A stretch of 64,000 nt of DNA from an uncultured archaeon (lineage in GTDB: Archaea > Thermoplasmatota > Penumbrarchaeia > JASLWR01), in NCBI GenBank assembly GCA_964342815.1, contig CAYFHS010000006.1, forward strand, positions 1 to 64,000. Direction: 5' to 3'. The position numbers were made by a program, and so were the translations under genes. Shown in pieces: positions 19,060 to 29,270 of the stretch. How positions within the stretch are numbered: position 1 is the stretch's first letter; every line of letters starts with the position of its first letter. The notes under the pieces are model-generated. The model did no database searches. It saw only the letters and a program-made list of their open reading frames with translations, and had not been told where the DNA came from.

Positions 19060-19761
19060 TTATTTATTGAATTCCCCCTTACAATACCTTCTCCAGAAAC
19101 TCTTTCCCACGGTCAACCCTATTGCGATCCCGACAAAAATCCCTGCGACAAAATCCGAGAACCAATGAATATTAGTTGATATCCCAAGTCCCACATAGAA
19201 TGCATACGCCAGCGTCAGGTACCCGATCCTCTTTTTGTCAGGGTAAAGTATCATCAGACACACGGCAGTGGCAAAGGCCGTTGTAGTATGCCCGGATGGC
19301 CAGCCGTTGAATATACCGCCTCTCATAAAACCGAATTGAAAACCGCTTTTAATAGTACTGGCCGACAGATCGTCGAACATTTCGGGAGGCAACCTTCCGG
19401 TAAAGGCCTTGTACAACGAACTAACTACCAGACTGATTATCGCTGCCTGGGCAACTGCATAGGATGCGTTTATTGTTCTTACGTTATTTTTTTTCTTTCC
19501 GTAACGGTACAAGACTATGGGAACTGCAATTGGAAGTAATCCTCCAAGAAATACAGCGGGAAAGAAAAATGGTTGGAGGTAGAGATGGTCCATTGAAGAT
19601 CGGGAATAATTCCAGTCCATTTCAGTTGTCACGATCAGATAGGTTACACCCACTGCCATGACGTGAAGCAGTAAATTGAGTTTCCAGAAACTTCTGGCCA
19701 GGTTATATGGGAATCTATGCAATAGACCCCTGATAGAGTATCTTCTCTTGGTACCAGTCAT
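19060..19761 (-). CDS. PAP2-family membrane phosphatase
   Basis: K...GRLP, PSGH and HWFSD motifs. Start reset to ATG 19761 (MTGTKRR); the track extension overlaps the next gene. Confidence 0.85.
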   Translation of the reverse strand: MTGTKRRYSIRGLLHRFPYNLARSFWKLNLLLHVMAVGVTYLIVTTEMDWNYSRSSMDHLYLQPFFFPAVFLGGLLPIAVPIVLYRYGKKKNNVRTINASYAVAQAAIISLVVSSLYKAFTGRLPPEMFDDLSASTIKSGFQFGFMRGGIFNGWPSGHTTTAFATAVCLMILYPDKKRIGYLTLAYAFYVGLGISTNIHWFSDFVAGIFVGIAIGLTVGKSFWRRYCKGEFNK

Positions 19762-19909
19762 GAGGCTTTCGTAATGACGACGGAAATAAAAATGATTGCC
19801 GGTGTAAATTAAAATAGACGGGATAATTTTAATATAATCCGCTTCTTTCTTCAATAGTGGGAATGAAGTTGATTCGGAAAACTTCCTCCAGTAAATAATA
19901 GGTGTTCTG

Positions 19910-22165
19910 ATGACTGCCGATAGAAAAGAGCTGATCCGGAATAAGGTCGAAAAAGTAAAAAAGAAGCTTCCAGTCTCGGAAGATCTTATCTCACGGCTTC
20001 CACCGGCCTTTTTTGAGCTGTCGGACATCGACGATATAATCCATGATCTTAGACATCTTCCAGCAATAATCTCCCGCAAAAAGAAATTCTATAGGTACAA
20101 CTCCGACATAGAGGAATTTTCGATCATGTCCTGCGACCGTCATCGTCTGGTACGAACCCTCAATGGTTTTTACCTGAACAATCTGGCGAACACTAAGCTT
20201 TTCAGGATATATTTCGATAAAGAAAGGAAATTTGCCATAGTCGGTTCATATCATCTATTGAGTGAATCCACAAGGTCGAAGGAAAAAGATCTCGCAGAGC
20301 CAAACTGGAGCAAATTGGCAGTGACGAGTACAGAAGGAACACACAAGAGAATAGTATTCCATCCCATTGTAACGGAAAAAAAGGAAATTACTGCTGAAGT
20401 AGCCAACGTTTCGTTTCTCACTGTAATAAAAAATATCATCGAGACCATGACCCGCTTTGAATGTTCCTTTATAGAAATATGGATGAACCGGTCCTATTCA
20501 AAAAAGGTTCGAACCCTATACTCACTTCGCATACGGTATTACGATCACCTGAACGACGATGAGATCTCGGTCCTGAGTAATGAAGTAATCCATTATCTTT
20601 CTCCGTTCATACAAACCCGAAGCCTATTTTCCATAATCGGACCGGTAATGGTTGGTCCGTCCAGTTCGCACACTGCTGGAGCTGCTAAGATCGGTAACAT
20701 TGCCCGGGAAATGGTTATCTCTTTGCTTAAACAAGGAAAGATAAACAAAATCAGTTCAATAGGTGTCCGTCTTATCGGGTCGTTCCTGGAAACTGGCACC
20801 GGTCACAGCACTCCCGAGGCAGTACTGGGCGGCCTGAACGGTAATGCTGCCGACAGCCAAATGCTTCTCAAAAGAGGGGCCGAATTCATCGTAGACCCCA
20901 AGAGATCCCGCTTCAACTATCTTGGAAATAAGGTTGCCTTTTCCGGTTTTCTTCCACCTGATGAAAGTGCGGAAAAAAGATATTCGAAGGAACATAACCG
21001 GAATATAGCAGAAATACTTTTGGAGACCGATAAGGGTAATTTGAGCATCACGGGTTTCTCCATCGGAGGCGGTGAGATCGAGATAAGATATCTCAACGGA
21101 CAGAGGCTAAGCCACCCCATCGACGGGAAATCGAAAGTAGTGCTGGGCAAAAGATCATTTCCTAAAGTCACCGAACCGTTCCTGGGTATAGATGTTATAC
21201 CAATTGGAGGAAATGAGTTAAAACCGGGAAATAAACACGAATTCCTGCTGGATTTTAACACTTTCGAGGAGATGATGGAAATATTCGGTCACGGGATCAA
21301 GGGGGCCCGGCTCGTCAGGCGTATACTTGACGCCGAAAAGGGTATCAGCGGTATTGAGATAGACGATGCTATCAAGAAAGGACAGCAAATCTGGGAAGTG
21401 ATGTCTGAAAGTATGAAAATCGTTGATGAACGTGAGAAAAATGCCATTTTCAAGATCTGCGGTGGTGATTCGGACCTGCTTCGCAAATATGTCTCTCCCG
21501 GGAATCTGTTCGGAGAAAATCTCTACACCATGGCTTTGAAATATTCGCTGTCTGTAATAGAGAAGAATGCCCTCCACGGTCTCATCGTTGCCTGCCCCAC
21601 CGCAGGTTCCTGCGGTATTCTTCCCGCGGTCCTCCGATCATGGGAGGATCTCGCGGTCGGCGGCGGCAACGAAAAAAAGGAAAAAATAATAGGAGCTCTC
21701 GTGACATCCGGTTTCCTTGGAATGTTATTTTATGACGTGGTTCCAACAGCGGGAGCGACCTACGGCTGTCAGGCAGAGATAGGAGCAGGAGCCGCAATGG
21801 CGGCCAGCGCTCTGACCTTTTTACAGGATGGAAACCTCGAAGAGATCATACATGCCTTCACCCTTGCTATAAAGAACAGCATGGGGCTCACGTGCGATCC
21901 CGTATCGGGCCTTGTGGAGGTTCCGTGCATCAAGCGAAATGGGATTTTCACCTCCCTTGCCATATCCTCATCACTGATGGCGCTTTCCGGTGTACGATCG
22001 GTAATATCGCCTGACGAGGTCATTCTTGCTGTTAAAGAAGTGGGGGAGAAGATGAGCGATGATTTCAAGGAAACGGCCCGAGGCGGCCTTGCGGTTACCC
22101 GGGACGCACGTAAGATTGAAAAGATGATGGACGAGTACAATATCAAAAGGTATCAATACACGTGA
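19910..22165 (+). CDS. sdaA: Fe-S L-serine dehydratase, fused beta+alpha chains, with ~230 aa N-terminal extension
   Basis: IIGPVMVGPSSSHTAG (beta); IVACPTAGSCGILP, GCQAEIG, GLTCDPVSGLVEVPCIKRN (alpha). Confidence 0.9.
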   Translation: MTADRKELIRNKVEKVKKKLPVSEDLISRLPPAFFELSDIDDIIHDLRHLPAIISRKKKFYRYNSDIEEFSIMSCDRHRLVRTLNGFYLNNLANTKLFRIYFDKERKFAIVGSYHLLSESTRSKEKDLAEPNWSKLAVTSTEGTHKRIVFHPIVTEKKEITAEVANVSFLTVIKNIIETMTRFECSFIEIWMNRSYSKKVRTLYSLRIRYYDHLNDDEISVLSNEVIHYLSPFIQTRSLFSIIGPVMVGPSSSHTAGAAKIGNIAREMVISLLKQGKINKISSIGVRLIGSFLETGTGHSTPEAVLGGLNGNAADSQMLLKRGAEFIVDPKRSRFNYLGNKVAFSGFLPPDESAEKRYSKEHNRNIAEILLETDKGNLSITGFSIGGGEIEIRYLNGQRLSHPIDGKSKVVLGKRSFPKVTEPFLGIDVIPIGGNELKPGNKHEFLLDFNTFEEMMEIFGHGIKGARLVRRILDAEKGISGIEIDDAIKKGQQIWEVMSESMKIVDEREKNAIFKICGGDSDLLRKYVSPGNLFGENLYTMALKYSLSVIEKNALHGLIVACPTAGSCGILPAVLRSWEDLAVGGGNEKKEKIIGALVTSGFLGMLFYDVVPTAGATYGCQAEIGAGAAMAASALTFLQDGNLEEIIHAFTLAIKNSMGLTCDPVSGLVEVPCIKRNGIFTSLAISSSLMALSGVRSVISPDEVILAVKEVGEKMSDDFKETARGGLAVTRDARKIEKMMDEYNIKRYQYT

Positions 22166-22191
22166 TCCATTAACGAATCTCCCCAAAATCA

Positions 22192-22815
22192 TTATATTCT
22201 GGGTAATAAACTCAGTGAACTGCTGTTCTCGTAGGCGGAGCCCAAATGACACAGATGGTTCAATGTTTCAGAAAACAGCAGGAAAAGGGATCTGAGCCGT
22301 TCTATATCCTTGATCACCCCTACAACCTGAAAATAAAGCTCGTCAACCCCTTCGGGAAAATTTGCTCCGAACCATCCGTCATCGTCCTTCACCTGGAAAT
22401 AGACATTCGGCTGAAATTGTATCAATTCCCGGATTCTGGGATTTGCAAAAAGCATCTGAACTTTGTAGTCGTTATTTCCCTTAATTATGTAGTCATTGTC
22501 AAACTCAGGAATACCCACCTGTATGTCCTGCATCCCAAAGAACTTGCCTATTTTACCGAATATGTTCTCTCGATAAAGGGTAAAACGAAAACCGTCCTTA
22601 TTCACATAGGGAGCTCTGATCCGAGTATAGGTGGTACTGCTCTTTCCCGTTGACACCCTATAGGTATCCATGGTAACAATCCAATCTTTCACTCTGGCTG
22701 TGACAATGTCGCCTTTCCAGAATCCGCCATCCAGAAACTCGCCACCCATTTCTCTGGATAATTGCCTCCAAACCTCATCTTGGCTCGGACCGAATAATTG
22801 TCGTAACAAACCCAT
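22192..22815 (-). CDS. Conserved hypothetical protein resembling bacterial DUF3137-type proteins
   Basis: MGLLRQLFGPSQDEVWRQL...TYTRIRAPYVNKDGFRF...FPEGVDELYFQVVGVIKD recalled as a bacterial family; start moved to ATG 22815. Confidence 0.6.
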   Translation of the reverse strand: MGLLRQLFGPSQDEVWRQLSREMGGEFLDGGFWKGDIVTARVKDWIVTMDTYRVSTGKSSTTYTRIRAPYVNKDGFRFTLYRENIFGKIGKFFGMQDIQVGIPEFDNDYIIKGNNDYKVQMLFANPRIRELIQFQPNVYFQVKDDDGWFGANFPEGVDELYFQVVGVIKDIERLRSLFLLFSETLNHLCHLGSAYENSSSLSLLPRI

Positions 22816-23010
22816 TTTATTCACCACTTTATATTATTTCGTTGTTCATCAACTTTTGTTACAATCAAGGTAACTTTAATTATAATTTTCGGTTCTAATC
22901 AGTAGGGTGTATGCAAGGTAAGCAGATGCAACTATAAATGAGAGGGTATGGAGTATGGTGGTTTTTACAACTTTTTTTTATTTTAGTTTTGATATTATCT
23001 TCTCACACGG

Positions 23011-23415
23011 TTATAGGTCCGCACAATTTAGCAATGCACTTGCATTCATAATACTGATTCCTCGAAAATTTTTCAATTTTATTAAATGTTTGTCTCCGGA
23101 GATTATATGATCAACTTTGGCTTCCATGGCGCATTCTAAAAACATATTGTCAGTTGGATCTTCTTTGATTAATTCAACTTTTTCTTGGGGGATTACCATA
23201 TCGCAAACTTCAATAAGCGAAGTTACAAATTCTTCAATTTCATCTTTTGAAAACCTAAACTTTTTTCTGTTAGCGACCGCTATAAACTCCTCCAATATTT
23301 GTGGAGACATAAATAATTTGATCTCTCCCATAAATATTCTTTTAAGGAGCTGATGTTCGGATTTCTTCCAGCCAAGTGCGGAGATTAGAACATTTGTATC
23401 CACAACAATTTTCAT
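23011..23415 (-). CDS. vapC: PIN-domain toxin (VapC-like)
   Basis: MKIVVDTNVLISAL...DPTDNMFLECA...IISGDKHL; AT-rich. Confidence 0.9.
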   Translation of the reverse strand: MKIVVDTNVLISALGWKKSEHQLLKRIFMGEIKLFMSPQILEEFIAVANRKKFRFSKDEIEEFVTSLIEVCDMVIPQEKVELIKEDPTDNMFLECAMEAKVDHIISGDKHLIKLKNFRGISIMNASALLNCADL

Positions 23416-23419
23416 CCGC

Positions 23420-23680
23420 CTACCAGCCTGATCGAGATGATCCTATCTCCTTTTCCACATCTTTTTTACGTATCCCATCTTTTTCGAATCTTTCCCTCGT
23501 TTTTCTAGATAAAGATTCAAATACATCAAGAGGCGAGCGTTTTTGTTTAACAATTATCATATCATCATTATAGTAAAATTCTAAAATAGTTCCAATCTCG
23601 ATTCCACTGCTGTCCCGAATAACTTTGGGAACCGTGATTTGCCCCTGACGAGTAACAACTCCGCTGCCTGCATATCTCAT
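23420..23680 (-). CDS. AbrB/MazE/SpoVT-family antitoxin
   Basis: VTRQGQITVPKVIRDSSGIEIG; ends 4 bp before the PIN gene; start set to ATG 23680. Confidence 0.88.
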   Translation of the reverse strand: MRYAGSGVVTRQGQITVPKVIRDSSGIEIGTILEFYYNDDMIIVKQKRSPLDVFESLSRKTRERFEKDGIRKKDVEKEIGSSRSGW

Positions 23681-23818
23681 TTTGTCACCAATACTATACA
23701 TAGTATTAATAGTATTTAACTTTGTCATGTATAATCAATGAAATTTCGGGAAAACCGTTTAATACCGGCAGTATAATTTATCAAAAACTTTACTGTAAAA
23801 AATCAAGGAAGGATCATC

Positions 23819-25198
23819 ATGGACCTGATAATAAAGAACGGAACGATAGTTACGGACAGCGAGACCTTCGAAGCGGATATCGGCATCAAGAACGGCAGGA
23901 TCGCCCTCATCGGTAAGAACCTCACAGGTGCGGACGAGGTAATAGATGCAGTGGGAAAATACGTAATGCCGGCGGGATTGGACGTTCACGTTCACCTGCA
24001 GCTTCCTTTCTGCGGGACTGTTTCCTCGGACGATTTCGTAACCGGAACCAAGGCTGCGGCAGCCGGCGGTGTCACCACAATTGTGGATTTCGCTATTCAG
24101 AGCAAGGGTAATTCCGTAACGGAAGCTGTTCGAGCACGCCGTGGCGAGGCCGATGGAAAGGTATGCGTGGATTATTCGCTGCACGGCGGCATCACCGATT
24201 GGAACGAGCAGACGAGAAATGAGCTGAAATCACTCATCGACGACGGTATCGTATCGTACAAGATGTTCATGATATACAGAAGCGAGGGATGGATGGCAAC
24301 CGATTCCATGCTGTACCAGGCCCTTCTGGAAACCAAAGAACACGGCGGGACCATAATGGTTCACGCAGAATCGGTTGACGTTCTCGATTATCTTCTGGAC
24401 AAATATCACAACGAAGAAGATATGAAGAAATATGGAGCTTACTGCCACGTTCTCTCAAGACCCAACTTCATAGAGGAGGAAGCCATTCAGCGGGCCATCA
24501 CGTGGACCGAGGCCACAGGCGGCCGGCTTTACGTGGTCCACATGTCTACCGGCGGAGGAGCCGATCTCATAAAGGAGGCCAAGAAGCGCGGCGTGAACGT
24601 GTTTGCCGAGACCTGCCCCCAGTATTTACTGCTGGAAGACGATCTGTTCAAGGGCGAGAACGGCCACTTATACGGAACCTGTCCACAGATAAAAAAGAAA
24701 GAAGATATCGACCGCCTATGGCATGGTCTCGCAGTGGGTGATGTGGATACCCTTGCAACCGATACCTGCACTTTCGATACAAAACAAAAGGCCATGTGGA
24801 ATGGCGACTTTACTAAGATCCCATTCGGTATGCCCGGCTCCGAGCTGATGATTCCTCTAGTATATACCTATGGCGTACGGGAAGGAAAGATCACTCTCAA
24901 TCAATTCGTGCACTATCTCTCAACGAACCCAGCCAAGATATTCGGGATGTACCCCGACAAGGGTTCTCTGCAGGTGGGAACCGATGCCGATATTATGATA
25001 TTCGATCCCCACCGAAAGGTAACCGTCGATTATCGGAACATGGAGACCAACTGCGACTGGTCCCCCTATCAGGGATGGGAGCTCACCGGTTATCCCCATA
25101 TCACACTTCTCCGCGGCAGGGTAATTGCCAAGCAAGGTCAATTCGTGGGCCAGATCGGCGGGGGCAAGTTCATCCGTCGAAAAAAGGTACTTAATTAA
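23819..25198 (+). CDS. hydA: Dihydropyrimidinase
   Basis: DVHVHLQLPFCGTVSSDDF, SYKMFM, MVHAE, YVVHMS, ETCPQYL, TDTC, GMPG. Confidence 0.93.
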   Translation: MDLIIKNGTIVTDSETFEADIGIKNGRIALIGKNLTGADEVIDAVGKYVMPAGLDVHVHLQLPFCGTVSSDDFVTGTKAAAAGGVTTIVDFAIQSKGNSVTEAVRARRGEADGKVCVDYSLHGGITDWNEQTRNELKSLIDDGIVSYKMFMIYRSEGWMATDSMLYQALLETKEHGGTIMVHAESVDVLDYLLDKYHNEEDMKKYGAYCHVLSRPNFIEEEAIQRAITWTEATGGRLYVVHMSTGGGADLIKEAKKRGVNVFAETCPQYLLLEDDLFKGENGHLYGTCPQIKKKEDIDRLWHGLAVGDVDTLATDTCTFDTKQKAMWNGDFTKIPFGMPGSELMIPLVYTYGVREGKITLNQFVHYLSTNPAKIFGMYPDKGSLQVGTDADIMIFDPHRKVTVDYRNMETNCDWSPYQGWELTGYPHITLLRGRVIAKQGQFVGQIGGGKFIRRKKVLN

Positions 25199-25215
25199 AT
25201 TAAGGACGTGACCGT

Positions 25216-25437
25216 ATGGGACTTTGTCTGGATCACGGAGCCTATTCAGGTAGAGAATGTCCCGGATGTTCTAAGAAATCAATGGTCGGAAAGATAGTTT
25301 GCCAATACTGCCAGGGCCAGGGATATCATATTATAAGTGAGCCAACAGAGCCGGCGGCAAGAAAGGATGACGGCATACGGATTCCCTGCTCTTCCTGTGG
25401 TGGTAAGGGTTTCATCATTACTCAGCATCCTGATTGA
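25216..25437 (+). CDS. Small Zn-finger protein with DnaJ-type CxxCxGxG motifs
   Basis: CLDH, CPGC, CQYCQGQG and CSSCGGKG; starts 17 bp after hydA. Confidence 0.65.
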   Translation: MGLCLDHGAYSGRECPGCSKKSMVGKIVCQYCQGQGYHIISEPTEPAARKDDGIRIPCSSCGGKGFIITQHPD

Positions 25438-25503
25438 CGTTTTTCGGATTTCGGCGTTCTTTTTTACGCAAGTTTCTTTCGGGACGGCACCAATATAAAA
25501 GCT

Positions 25504-25556
25504 ATTTCGGCATGATCGAGAATTAATTATCCTGGATAATAGCTCCGGGCCGAAAT
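25504..25556. promoter_or_regulatory. Long imperfect palindrome upstream of the wHTH regulator (possible operator or terminator)
   Basis: atttcggc/gccgaaat outer arms enclosing attatcc-t-ggataat. Confidence 0.35.
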
Positions 25557-25689
25557 TATTAATGCATGCGTCACGTTCACTTGATTACAAATCCGATAAC
25601 GATTATTTTGTATAATCCTTAATTGTTACATCAATATCGGGAGCGTTGAGATACCAGAGGATTTATCAAAAAAAGGAGTCCGGTCAGTA

Positions 25690-25974
25690 ATGAAACGGTT
25701 ATTGTGGTGGTTGATCGCAGGTACGAAGGGCGGAATGAATCGGGCAAGGATAATTATGATTCTGCATGATAGACCGTACAATGCGAATCAGCTTACCGAA
25801 AAGCTGGGATTGGACTACAAGACAGTCCAGCATCATCTGGAGGTCCTGAAAAAGAACGATATAATTATCTCACCCCGTGGAAAGAAGTACGGGGCAATGT
25901 ATTTTCTTTCGGACCTTATGGAAGCTCATTATGAGATTTTCCGGGAGATTTGGGATCAAATTGGGAAAAAATGA
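25690..25974 (+). CDS. ArsR-like winged-helix transcriptional regulator
   Basis: [19 protein letters not shown]...[25 protein letters not shown], a common archaeal family. Confidence 0.9.
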   Translation: MKRLLWWLIAGTKGGMNRARIIMILHDRPYNANQLTEKLGLDYKTVQHHLEVLKKNDIIISPRGKKYGAMYFLSDLMEAHYEIFREIWDQIGKK

Positions 25975-26007
25975 ATAAAGCAGGACGCAAATATTAAAGG
26001 TGTGACA

Positions 26008-26490
26008 ATGAAAAGATCTTCAGTAATAATAATCCTCGTCATCATTATTGTTATGGGGCTGCTGGGAGTTGTCCTGGGAAATCGAGCCTCGGATGCCCCG
26101 CCGGATCGAGCGAGGGATCGTATCGGAAGACGCTTCTTTCCCGAGAAAAACCGTACCGAATCCTTCAACCGCAGCGATTTTTTCCATCGTGTCGAGGACA
26201 TCGATCATAAAGCTTACATGGTGGTAAAATCCACGGTAACCATGGTCAACATGACTATTTCCATTATTCTTATCTTCATCTACGTGAAGATATACCGAGA
26301 GATCAAGACCGACTTTACGCTGGGACTGCTGATAGTAATGTTCGCATTTCTCGTTTACGCCATCACATCCAATCCGCTTTTCTATTCCATATTCGGCTAC
26401 TGGGGATTCGGAATGGGCCCATTCCAGATGATACCGGATATATTTGGGACCATCGCATTGTCGGTACTGCTGTATCTGAGTCTGAAATGA
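26008..26490 (+). CDS. Membrane protein usually paired with this wHTH family
   Basis: About 4 TM; IY..IK..FTLGLLIVMFAFL...SNP and PDIFGTIALSVLLYLS. Confidence 0.75.
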   Translation: MKRSSVIIILVIIIVMGLLGVVLGNRASDAPPDRARDRIGRRFFPEKNRTESFNRSDFFHRVEDIDHKAYMVVKSTVTMVNMTISIILIFIYVKIYREIKTDFTLGLLIVMFAFLVYAITSNPLFYSIFGYWGFGMGPFQMIPDIFGTIALSVLLYLSLK

Positions 26491-26568
26491 TTTTTTCAAT
26501 AATATTATTAACGATGTTACGATATTATATCCATGACCGAGATTGAAACGACCTAAAAAGGATGGTGA

Positions 26569-29049
26569 TTGATGACCACAGAAGGGAGCGAAGGAACGAA
26601 TAAGGCGTCGAAGAGGAATAAAATTTTTCCCGAATCCTCCAAGAATACCAGTGAGAACCTTTCCTCCAGTAAGAGTTCTGTTATTCCCCGGAAATCGCTC
26701 CGTAACCCAAAAAGGGTGGTCAAGCTTTCAGCTATTGGTACCGTTTTGATAATTATCCTTGCTTTTAGCGTTCATTACTTCCTTACGGGACACACAATAT
26801 TCAGTCTGGATAACCTCCCACCGGAGGTAAAAGTCTCTGTGAACAATGATAATATTCATACTTTGGAAAAGGTGGAGTTAACGGCAAAATTCTCAGATGA
26901 GGACGGAAGCGTTGTGAAATGGGAATGGGATTTCGACGGGGACGGGACATATGAGCTGGAGTTATCATCGTACCATGGCGTTTACTGGGAATATACCGAC
27001 GACGGCGTTTACTTTCCATCACTGCGGGTGACCGATGACAACGGGGATACCGGGACCGGATCGGTGGAAATTACAGTGCGCAACCGCCCACCAGACACCA
27101 GTTTAGATATTAGCTCGTTCCAGGAATTAACCAATGAAGATATCATTTTCGAAGTTTCCGGAGTGGACCCCGATGGACTTATAACGGAGTATAAATGGGA
27201 TTTCGACGGAGACGGTGATATAGATCTTTCTAGCCCGGATGCCACCGCAACGCACAGCTATCAGGATGATGGGATTTACATTGCAGAGCTAATCGTGGTG
27301 GACGACGATGGTGACGAAACCACATCCTCCGTAATAATTACAATAGAGAACCGTAATCCACTGATTACTATCAAAGTTAATCGGACGACGGTGGCCACCA
27401 ACGAACTTTTATTTTTCGATGCCGATGTTAGCGATACCGACGGCGAGGTGATCCTCTATGAGTGGGATTTTACCAATGATGGAATTGTCGACTCAAGCTC
27501 AAAGACTGCTGCCGACGTAGAATATTCATTTGCGGATGACGGTAATTATGAAGTGAAATTGAAAGTTACCGACGACGATGATGGATTGGCTCAATCATCG
27601 GTCTTGATAACGGTGGACAACGTAGAACCTGTGGCCGAGGCATCAGTATCGGAAAAGAACGTAAGCACGCTTGTTGATCTGATTTTCCAGTGCGGCGGAA
27701 GTGATTCCGACGGAACGATCGTGAAATACCAGTGGGATTTCAATGGTGACGGGGAATTCGATTGGGAAACGATCAATCCTGATGATTCTGTTACCCATTC
27801 GTACGATGATGACGGAGACTACAAAGCCGTACTCAGGGTAACGGATGACGATGGTGCGACAAGCACGGATGATTTATTATTAAAAGTAAATAACCGAGCA
27901 CCCACCGCAGAGATACAAATCGATGATAGCCGCGAGACCACCGGTGTATCAATCGAATTTTTAGCAAACGGAACTGATTTGGATGGCGAAATAGTAATGT
28001 ATGAATGGGATTTTAACGGGGATGGAACTTACGATATCAACTCATCGTCGACCCCCTTGACCACTTATGTATATGAAAATGAGGGAAGCTACGATGCTAG
28101 ATTACGTATCACCGATGATGATGGTGCTGTCTCCGTGGTTTCGGTTACCATGACCATTGACGAGAATCGACCCCCGGTAGCCCATGCTGGCGATGATGCT
28201 AAATCAATTCCCGGTGAGACCATCATATTTGATGGGTCGGGATCTTCCGACCCGGACGGTCAAACTCTCACTTATCTATGGGATTTCGGAGACGGTATAT
28301 TCGGGAACGGTAAGACATCATCCCATCTGTATACTAACCCGGGAACTTTTACCGTCACCCTTACTGTTACCGATGAGGGTGGGCTCAAGGATACGGATAC
28401 CTGCGTGAAAACTATTATCGGAGGGAAATATGCAGTGGTCGTGGGTATTGCGGATTATTCCGGATCGTGGAACGATCTTGATTACTGCGATGAGGATGCG
28501 GATCACTGGGAATCCTATCTGGAGGGAAAGGGGTACGCGGTTCATAAACTTCTGGATAGTGAGGCTACAAAAGAAAATATATTGCTCGAGATCGCGTGGA
28601 TGGCAAGCGCCGAGGGGCCTGGAAGCTATTGTGTCTTCACCTACTCGGGCCACGGTGATTACGACTCTGGATCATATCTTCTCGATTATACCGAGGAGGG
28701 ACTGTGGGATTACGAGCTGGCAAATGCTTTTTCCTCGTTCGAAAGTGATCATATATTCTTTTTCTTTGATTGCTGCGCCAGCGGGGATTTCAATGATAAT
28801 CTTGGAGGGTATGGCCGCTATGTTGTGGAAGCCAGTGGATATGACGAATTCAGTCTGGATGACCCGGATCACAGGTATGGTGCATTTACCTATTGGTTCC
28901 TGGTGGACGGATTGGACGACAATGATTCGTGGTCCGTTGAGGACGCTTTTCAGAATGCCTATAACCACTGTTCAAGCGATTACGGCAGTGACAGTTTTCA
29001 TCCCGAACAGGATGATTCGGACCCTGAAAATCCTTTTTACCTTTTTTAA
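26569..29049 (+). CDS. Membrane-anchored PKD-repeat protein with C-terminal caspase-like (C14) domain
   Basis: N-terminal TM; five WDFxxDG repeats plus one WDFGDG PKD domain; then YAVVVGIADY, ATKENI, FTYSGHG and FFFDCCASG. Confidence 0.85.
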   Translation: MMTTEGSEGTNKASKRNKIFPESSKNTSENLSSSKSSVIPRKSLRNPKRVVKLSAIGTVLIIILAFSVHYFLTGHTIFSLDNLPPEVKVSVNNDNIHTLEKVELTAKFSDEDGSVVKWEWDFDGDGTYELELSSYHGVYWEYTDDGVYFPSLRVTDDNGDTGTGSVEITVRNRPPDTSLDISSFQELTNEDIIFEVSGVDPDGLITEYKWDFDGDGDIDLSSPDATATHSYQDDGIYIAELIVVDDDGDETTSSVIITIENRNPLITIKVNRTTVATNELLFFDADVSDTDGEVILYEWDFTNDGIVDSSSKTAADVEYSFADDGNYEVKLKVTDDDDGLAQSSVLITVDNVEPVAEASVSEKNVSTLVDLIFQCGGSDSDGTIVKYQWDFNGDGEFDWETINPDDSVTHSYDDDGDYKAVLRVTDDDGATSTDDLLLKVNNRAPTAEIQIDDSRETTGVSIEFLANGTDLDGEIVMYEWDFNGDGTYDINSSSTPLTTYVYENEGSYDARLRITDDDGAVSVVSVTMTIDENRPPVAHAGDDAKSIPGETIIFDGSGSSDPDGQTLTYLWDFGDGIFGNGKTSSHLYTNPGTFTVTLTVTDEGGLKDTDTCVKTIIGGKYAVVVGIADYSGSWNDLDYCDEDADHWESYLEGKGYAVHKLLDSEATKENILLEIAWMASAEGPGSYCVFTYSGHGDYDSGSYLLDYTEEGLWDYELANAFSSFESDHIFFFFDCCASGDFNDNLGGYGRYVVEASGYDEFSLDDPDHRYGAFTYWFLVDGLDDNDSWSVEDAFQNAYNHCSSDYGSDSFHPEQDDSDPENPFYLF

Positions 29050-29270
29050 TAAATTATGTGTGATCCGGTAATTGTATGACAAGTTTTCAAGCTGAAAAAT
29101 TGGACAGAATTTATATCATATATGTATGTAATTTGGAGCTGATTCAGGTATAATGACATATAATCCGCAATTCATGAAATAGTTGGATCCTGTTTGAAGT
29201 TAGGTATGTTAGGTGACATTAATGGGATTCTCTCGTAAGATGTGAGGTATTGATCGAGGAAGGATAACGA

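Noticed and set aside
19762-20079. N-terminal extension of the PAP2 ORF
   Set aside because: Overlaps the sdaA start and the divergent promoter; ATG 19761 is more plausible.
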